Shown here piece by piece: positions 58,378 to 64,000 of a stretch of DNA of 64,000 nucleotides; positions within the stretch are counted from its first letter, which is position 1; each line of letters opens with the position of its first letter. Source of the DNA: Nanobdellota archaeon (lineage in GTDB: Archaea; Nanobdellota; Nanobdellia; Woesearchaeales; DATGWN01); contig JBNJGI010000001.1 in the NCBI GenBank assembly GCA_051819685.1, positions 18-64,017 of the forward strand. The letters are read 5' to 3'. The notes beneath the pieces are model-generated. The model was not told the origin of the DNA. It saw nothing but the letters and a program-made list of their open reading frames with translations, and did no database searches. The position numbers and the translations under genes were made by a program.

Positions 58378-58504
58378 AAAATAATTGATGATATTGCCTC
58401 GAATTAATATTTGAATTTGTGGTAAGGAGTAGAATTATTTAAAGGAGCGTAATTCAATCAAGTTCGCTAGGATAAAATATTAGTCCGCAATATCACTCAC
58501 TTTT
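58378..58504 (+). repeat. Repeat element A copy
   Basis: aaaataattgatgatattgcctcgaatt...aaaggagcgtaattcaatcaagttcgc...agtccgcaatatcactcactttt. Confidence 0.7.
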
Positions 58505-58561
58505 ATGAATGCGCCAAAACTCCGATAAATTTAAATCTATTAAAAAATTACACTTTTTCTT

Positions 58562-59719
58562 ATGAATTATAATTATAAGCATGAAATCTATAAGTTATAT
58601 CTTATAAAAACTTTAAAATGGTTTATGCTTATAATGCCTATTGTTGTAATATTCTTTCAAGAAAATGGCTTGAATTTAAAAAAAATAATGATATTACAAG
58701 CAATTTTCTCAATATCAATTATATTATTTGAAATACCTTCTGGATATTTTTCTGATGTATTGGGACGAAAAAAAACAATAATAATAGGATGTACTTTAGG
58801 ATTTATCGGTTTTTTTATCTATTCTGTATCTTATGGATTTTATGGTTTTCTTTTAGCAGAACTGATATTAGGTTTGGGTTCAAGTTTTATATCAGGCACT
58901 GATTCTGCAATGATATATGATATATTGTTGCAAAATAAAAAAGAAAAAAATTATACGAAAATAGAAGGAAGGATGAACGCTATAGGAAACTTTTCAGAAT
59001 CAACTGCGAGCATATTTGGAAGTTTAATTGCATTAATAAGTTTAAGATTGCCATTTTATGCTGAAACTGCAATAACATTTCTTACCATCCCTATAGCATT
59101 TACATTGATAGAGCCTAAAAGACATTTTGCAGAATCCTCTAAAAATCCCTTAAATGAAATACTGCGAATAGTAAAATACTCTATGCATCATAATAGAGAA
59201 ATAAAATGGTTGATTATATATTCAGGTTTTGTTGGAGCATCAACACTAACTATGGTTTGGTTCATACAACCTTATTTAAAACTAATAGGGGTTCCTTTGG
59301 CATTATTCGGATTAATCTGGGCTTTATTAAATTTTTCAGTTGGCATTTTTTCAATATATGCTTATAAAATTGAAAAATTACTTGGTAGAAAGATTTCTTT
59401 AGTATCATTAATAATTATATCCTTCATAGGTTATATTTTATTAGGACTTATAAACCAAATTTATGCTATAATTTTCATCTTCTTATTTTATTTAGTAAGA
59501 GGAATAAGCTTACCTATAATCAAAGATTACATAAACAAACTCATTTCTTCAAACATGAGAGCAACTGTTTTATCTGTAAAAAGCATGTTTGGAAGACTTA
59601 TATTTTCAATTATAGGTCCTTTTATCGGTTTTATGGCTGACTTTTATACACTACAAATAGCTTTTATCAATGCAGGTATCATTTTTCTTATTTTTGGGAT
59701 ATTATCATTATTATTTTAA
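58562..59719 (+). CDS. MFS transporter
   Basis: about 12 TM helices; GRKKTIIIGCTLG loop motif. Confidence 0.7.
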   Translation: MNYNYKHEIYKLYLIKTLKWFMLIMPIVVIFFQENGLNLKKIMILQAIFSISIILFEIPSGYFSDVLGRKKTIIIGCTLGFIGFFIYSVSYGFYGFLLAELILGLGSSFISGTDSAMIYDILLQNKKEKNYTKIEGRMNAIGNFSESTASIFGSLIALISLRLPFYAETAITFLTIPIAFTLIEPKRHFAESSKNPLNEILRIVKYSMHHNREIKWLIIYSGFVGASTLTMVWFIQPYLKLIGVPLALFGLIWALLNFSVGIFSIYAYKIEKLLGRKISLVSLIIISFIGYILLGLINQIYAIIFIFLFYLVRGISLPIIKDYINKLISSNMRATVLSVKSMFGRLIFSIIGPFIGFMADFYTLQIAFINAGIIFLIFGILSLLF

Positions 59720-59775
59720 CATAAAAACAAAGCACTTTAATAATATTTATAAACAAAATAAACAAAAAGTATAAT

Positions 59776-60477
59776 ATGACAAAAAAAAGTGGGAAAAATA
59801 AAAAACCAATTATAGAAATAAAACAAGCATGGAAAACATATCATGTAGGAAAAGTAGATGTACATGCTTTAAGAGGCTTGAATATATCAATCAATCCAGG
59901 TGAATTTGTCGCAATACAAGGACCTTCAGGAAGCGGTAAAAGCACTGCAATGAATTTAGTGGGTTGTCTTGACATACCAACAAAAGGTCATATCTATCTT
60001 GAAGGAAAAGATATTTCTCTAATGAAAGAAAGTGATCTTGCTCAGATAAGAGGTAGAAAAATAGGGTTTATATTTCAGAAATTCAATTTAATCCCTACTT
60101 TAAGCGCAAAAGAGAATATCAAACTACCTATGTCCTTCCAAGGAATTCCTGATGAAGAAAGAGATAAAAGAGCTGAAGAATTACTAAAATTAGTTGATCT
60201 GAAAGAAAGAATGGATCACCTTCCAACAGAATTATCAGGTGGTCAACAGCAAAGAGTTGCAATAGCAAGAGCCTTATCATTAGACCCTCCTGTAATACTA
60301 GCAGATGAGCCGACAGGAAACCTTGACTCAACAATGGGAACCAATGTCATGGAATTTTTAATGAAACTACATAAAGAAAAAAAGAAAACAATTGTAATGG
60401 TAACTCATGATGATGAGCTTGCACAATATGCTGACAGGATTCAAGTACTAAAAGATGGTCAGATAGTAAGTTCATAA
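59776..60477 (+). CDS. ABC transporter ATP-binding protein (MacB/LolD-type)
   Basis: GPSGSGKST, LSGGQQQRVAIARAL, ILADEPTGNLD. Confidence 0.85.
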   Translation: MTKKSGKNKKPIIEIKQAWKTYHVGKVDVHALRGLNISINPGEFVAIQGPSGSGKSTAMNLVGCLDIPTKGHIYLEGKDISLMKESDLAQIRGRKIGFIFQKFNLIPTLSAKENIKLPMSFQGIPDEERDKRAEELLKLVDLKERMDHLPTELSGGQQQRVAIARALSLDPPVILADEPTGNLDSTMGTNVMEFLMKLHKEKKKTIVMVTHDDELAQYADRIQVLKDGQIVSS

Positions 60478-60572
60478 AAAGTAAATTTAAGTTAACGAAA
60501 TAAGAATTTTTTATTCATGTCCTTGATTTAAACGATAAAGTTATAAATTAAAAAAATAAAGAGAATGATAAG

Positions 60573-61796
60573 ATGAAAAAAATAATAATGTTGATAGCAA
60601 TAATAATGGTCATGCCATTAGCTTTAGCTGCAAACAATACAATAGATGCATCGCCATTCAGGCCTCAACAAGAATCTTTGAAAGCCACATTCATTAATCA
60701 GGATCCCGATCCAGCAAGACCAGGAGAATATGTTGACTTGAAAATAAGAATTGATAATATGGGACAAGAAACAGCAAAAGATGTTGAAGTTAATTTTGTA
60801 GAAACATATCCTTTTGCATTAGATGCATCTGAAGAAAAAACAAAAAATTTAGGAAACATAGGGGCATTCAACGAGCAGGATTATGGTACAATTATTGAAT
60901 ACAAAGTGAGAGTGGATTCTAAAGCAGTAGAAGGGGATAATAAAGCGAAAATATCCTTGAAATCTACGAATAAAAACCCTGTAATCTATGAATTTGATGT
61001 AGAAGTAAAAACAGTTGATGCAGGTTTGATAGTAGAAAATGTTGAAACTGAACCCTCACAATTAACTCAAGGTAGTAAAGGAACATTAAGGATAGACCTT
61101 GAGAACCCTTCAGATTCTGTATTAAGGGAAGTCACAGTTTCTCTTGACTTATCTGATGATAATCTATTATTTGCGCCTATAGAATCTGCAAGCACAAAAA
61201 AATTAAACTACTTAAATCCTGGGAAAACAAGTACATTCAGATTCGGTCTTATGCCATTCCCTGAAGCACAATCAAAAGTATACAGGATACCTATAACTAT
61301 AAGCTATTATGACTCAACCAACAAAAAAGTAGAAAAATCAGAATTAATTGGTGTTATAGTAGGAAGCGAACCGGATATCAATTTTTATTCAGAAAATTTT
61401 GAGGTAGAAAACGGGAATAAAGGAACCCTTACAATAAATTCGGTCAATAAAGGTTTAATAGATGTAAAATTCCTTAATATAAAACTTGAAAATACTGATG
61501 ATTATGAAATATTATCAAGCAAGGAATATTATGTAGGGAGTGTTGATAGCGATGATTTTGAAACAGCAGAATTTGATATGAACATAAAAACAGAAAAGAA
61601 TAAATTTAATATTAAAGGAAATGTTGAATATAGAGATGCCAACAATAAACTTTTTACAAAGGAAATAAATTTTCCTATAAGAATAAATAATACAAAATCA
61701 GAAAGTTCTTTCAATTGGTTATATCTAGTCTTTGCTTTAATTATATCTTTTATAGGATATAAAATATGGAAGAAAAAAAAGGGAATGAAAAGATGA
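60573..61796 (+). CDS. Secreted protein with tandem CARDB-like domains and C-terminal TM anchor
   Basis: Signal peptide MKKIIMLIAIIMVMPLALA; PARPGEYVDLKIRIDNMGQETAKDVEV; C-terminal WLYLVFALIISFIGYKIWKKKK. Confidence 0.6.
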   Translation: MKKIIMLIAIIMVMPLALAANNTIDASPFRPQQESLKATFINQDPDPARPGEYVDLKIRIDNMGQETAKDVEVNFVETYPFALDASEEKTKNLGNIGAFNEQDYGTIIEYKVRVDSKAVEGDNKAKISLKSTNKNPVIYEFDVEVKTVDAGLIVENVETEPSQLTQGSKGTLRIDLENPSDSVLREVTVSLDLSDDNLLFAPIESASTKKLNYLNPGKTSTFRFGLMPFPEAQSKVYRIPITISYYDSTNKKVEKSELIGVIVGSEPDINFYSENFEVENGNKGTLTINSVNKGLIDVKFLNIKLENTDDYEILSSKEYYVGSVDSDDFETAEFDMNIKTEKNKFNIKGNVEYRDANNKLFTKEINFPIRINNTKSESSFNWLYLVFALIISFIGYKIWKKKKGMKR

Positions 61797-61797
61797 A

Positions 61798-63021
61798 ATG
61801 GCAAGGATTAATGATTATCTAAAACTTGCATGGGAAAACATAAAGCATAAAAGGCTTAGGAGCTGGCTTACGCTTCTTGGCATTTTTATCGGCGTAGCTG
61901 CCGTAGTATCTTTAATTGGTCTTGGTGAAGGTCTTAAACTTGCAGTTTCTTCACAATTCGGAGTAAGTTCAACAGAAGTTATAACAGTACAGGCAGGAGG
62001 AATGACAGGCCAAGGTCCACCTGGGACTGGTGTTGCTAATCCGTTGATAGAAGATGATGCTGAAGATATAGAAAAAATTTCTACTGTAGATTTCGCAGTA
62101 ACAAGAATAATAGAACAAGTTAAATTTGAATATGATGATCAGTTAAGTTTCGGTTTCGCTGCAGATGTTCCTGATGGTGAAGAAAGAGACTTTGTCTATG
62201 ACAGTTTAGAACTTGAAGTAAAAGAAGGAAGATTTCTCAAAGATGGTGATGGCCAGAAAATAAATCTTGGCTACAATTTCGGAAAAGAAGAGAACAGGTT
62301 CGGAAAAAAGATAAGAGTTGGAGACAATATAAAAATAGAAAACAGAAATTTTGAAGTGGTCGGAATATATGAAAAACTTGGAAGCTTTATTTTTGATAAT
62401 ATAATAATAATTAACAGTGATACTCTGAAAAAATTAGTGGATAAAGAAGAAAAAGTTGATGTAATTGTTGCAAAAGTAAAAGATAAGGAATACATGGACA
62501 AAACAAAAGAAGAAATTGAAAAACTATTAAGGAAAAACCGTGATGTAGATGAAGGTGAGGAAGATTTTTCTGTTGAAACTCCCGAATCTTCTTTATCGAC
62601 AGTAAACGATGTCTTGACAGGAGTTCAAATATTCATATCCTTGATTGCAGCTATTTCAATTATTGTAGGAGCTATAGGAATAATAAACACTATGTTTACA
62701 TCAGTTGTAGAAAGAAGATCTCAGATTGGTATCATGAAAGCCTTAGGGGCTAAAAATTCAGATATTTTTTTTCAGTTCACCATAGAAGCCGGACTTATGG
62801 GATTAATAGGGGGTATAATAGGATCTATAGTAGGAGAGCTTATAGCATATTTAGGAACAATGGGATTAAGTTCTTTCCTAGGATCAGACATATCACCTTC
62901 GGTGAATTTCATATTGATAGGGTTGACTTTATTCGGAGCATTTATGATAGGGGCTATTTCCGGAACCATACCTGCTTTACAAGCAGCAAAACAAAATCCT
63001 GTTGATGCAATAAGGAGTTAA
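61798..63021 (+). CDS. ABC transporter permease, FtsX/MacB-type
   Basis: N-terminal TM + large extracytoplasmic loop + 3 C-terminal TMs. Confidence 0.75.
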   Translation: MARINDYLKLAWENIKHKRLRSWLTLLGIFIGVAAVVSLIGLGEGLKLAVSSQFGVSSTEVITVQAGGMTGQGPPGTGVANPLIEDDAEDIEKISTVDFAVTRIIEQVKFEYDDQLSFGFAADVPDGEERDFVYDSLELEVKEGRFLKDGDGQKINLGYNFGKEENRFGKKIRVGDNIKIENRNFEVVGIYEKLGSFIFDNIIIINSDTLKKLVDKEEKVDVIVAKVKDKEYMDKTKEEIEKLLRKNRDVDEGEEDFSVETPESSLSTVNDVLTGVQIFISLIAAISIIVGAIGIINTMFTSVVERRSQIGIMKALGAKNSDIFFQFTIEAGLMGLIGGIIGSIVGELIAYLGTMGLSSFLGSDISPSVNFILIGLTLFGAFMIGAISGTIPALQAAKQNPVDAIRS

Positions 63022-63022
63022 A

Positions 63023-64000
63023 ATGATAACTTTACAAAACTTAAAATATTCATTAAGAAACCTCTGGATGAGGAAAGGTAGAAGTTTTCTTACAATTTTC
63101 TCCATTTTCATAGGCATCGCTACAGTCTTCATATTCATAAGTTTTGGATGGGGATTGTATGATTATATTGAAGAACTTACTGAAGGTGGTTCAGCCAATA
63201 AATTTTGGGTGCAAGGAAAAGGTTCAGGAGCTCCGGGAACTTCTGAAATAAAACTTAATGATGATGACGTCGATGCAATAGAAAAAACGAGAGGCGTATT
63301 TGACACTTCAGGAGTTCACTTCAAATCTATACAATTAAAAGAAAATGATGTGTTGCGTTACGTTTATCTGACAGGTTATAATCCTGATAAAAATCTCCTC
63401 ATGGAATCATTCGACATAGGTATAGAAAAAGGAAGGATGCTTGAAGATGATGATACGAATAAAGTAATTTTAGGGTATAATTATATGGTAGAAGATAAAA
63501 TATTCCCTGATAAATTTGAAATAAATGATAAAATTATGATAAACGAGAAAAAATTCCGTATAATAGGGTTCTTAGAGTCAATCGGAAATCCTGCTGATGA
63601 TTCTAATGTATACATGCCAAAAGAATCTTTTGAAAACTTATTCCCTGAAGTAGATTCCTATTCCATGATAGTTGGTGAAGCAGATAAAGAAAAAATTGAA
63701 AAAACAGTAAAAAGTGTTGAAAAAAACCTAAGAAAATCAAGAAATGAAGAAGAAGGAAAAGAAACTTTTGTGGTAACCTCTTTTGAAGAACAACTGGAAT
63801 CGTTCAGTACAATACTTAACATGGTAATAGGATTCGTCATATTTATAGCTTTTATTTCAGTCATAGTATCAGCAATAAACACAGCAAACACTATGATAAC
63901 TTCTGTTCTTGAAAGACTGAGGGAAATAGGTATAATAAAATCTATAGGAGCTAAAAACTCTGAAATATTTAACATTTTTCTTCTGGAATCAAGTATACTG
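63023..64000 (+). CDS. Second FtsX/MacB-type permease, 3'-partial (runs off window)
   Basis: MITLQNLKYSLRNLWMRKGRSFLTIFSIFIGIATVFIF; frame open to window end. Confidence 0.65.
   Translation, partial: MITLQNLKYSLRNLWMRKGRSFLTIFSIFIGIATVFIFISFGWGLYDYIEELTEGGSANKFWVQGKGSGAPGTSEIKLNDDDVDAIEKTRGVFDTSGVHFKSIQLKENDVLRYVYLTGYNPDKNLLMESFDIGIEKGRMLEDDDTNKVILGYNYMVEDKIFPDKFEINDKIMINEKKFRIIGFLESIGNPADDSNVYMPKESFENLFPEVDSYSMIVGEADKEKIEKTVKSVEKNLRKSRNEEEGKETFVVTSFEEQLESFSTILNMVIGFVIFIAFISVIVSAINTANTMITSVLERLREIGIIKSIGAKNSEIFNIFLLESSIL

Overview
This is an AT-rich, gene-dense archaeal window. Archaeal markers are aIF2-gamma, L7Ae/S28e/L24e/S17e/L34e/L14e/S6e ribosomal proteins, Alba, a histone, Orc1/Cdc6, ABCE1, RNase Z and an intron-containing tRNA-Leu. 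Several genes look bacterial-type (MetK with GHPDK motif, class II LysRS, FtsX/MacB-type ABC system), a mix typical of small-genome DPANN-like archaea (inference). The main content is: (i) a divergent pair of giant secreted FG-GAP/N-glycosylation-rich surface proteins (1..8335); (ii) a translationally coupled operon of about 12 ORFan genes (14737..22010) that all start with class-III (type-IV-pilin-like) signal peptides, including two tandem Cys-rich defensin-like mini-proteins. Further pilin-like genes lie at 32040 and 40998, and an A24 prepilin peptidase at 54143; (iii) a two-component system whose response regulator carries a winged HTH, a REC domain and a degenerate GGDEF domain; (iv) an operon of three giant K/E-rich coiled-coil proteins, 2377 aa in total (44375..51490); (v) an ABC/FtsX export-like operon with a CARDB-repeat secreted protein. 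Nearly every sizeable intergenic region carries copies of two TIR-bounded, hairpin-forming repeat families. These are element 'A' (about 125 bp, at least 9 copies) and composite element 'BC' (about 165 bp; carries TATA-like boxes and a palindromic operator-like site). They are often nested in each other, and one copy has a further nested GC-rich insertion. tRNA-Leu(CAA) has a 44-nt anticodon-loop intron and is followed by tandem duplications of its own 3' end (an integration footprint) next to a PIN/UPF0175-like toxin-antitoxin pair. No CRISPR arrays or rRNA genes are visible.
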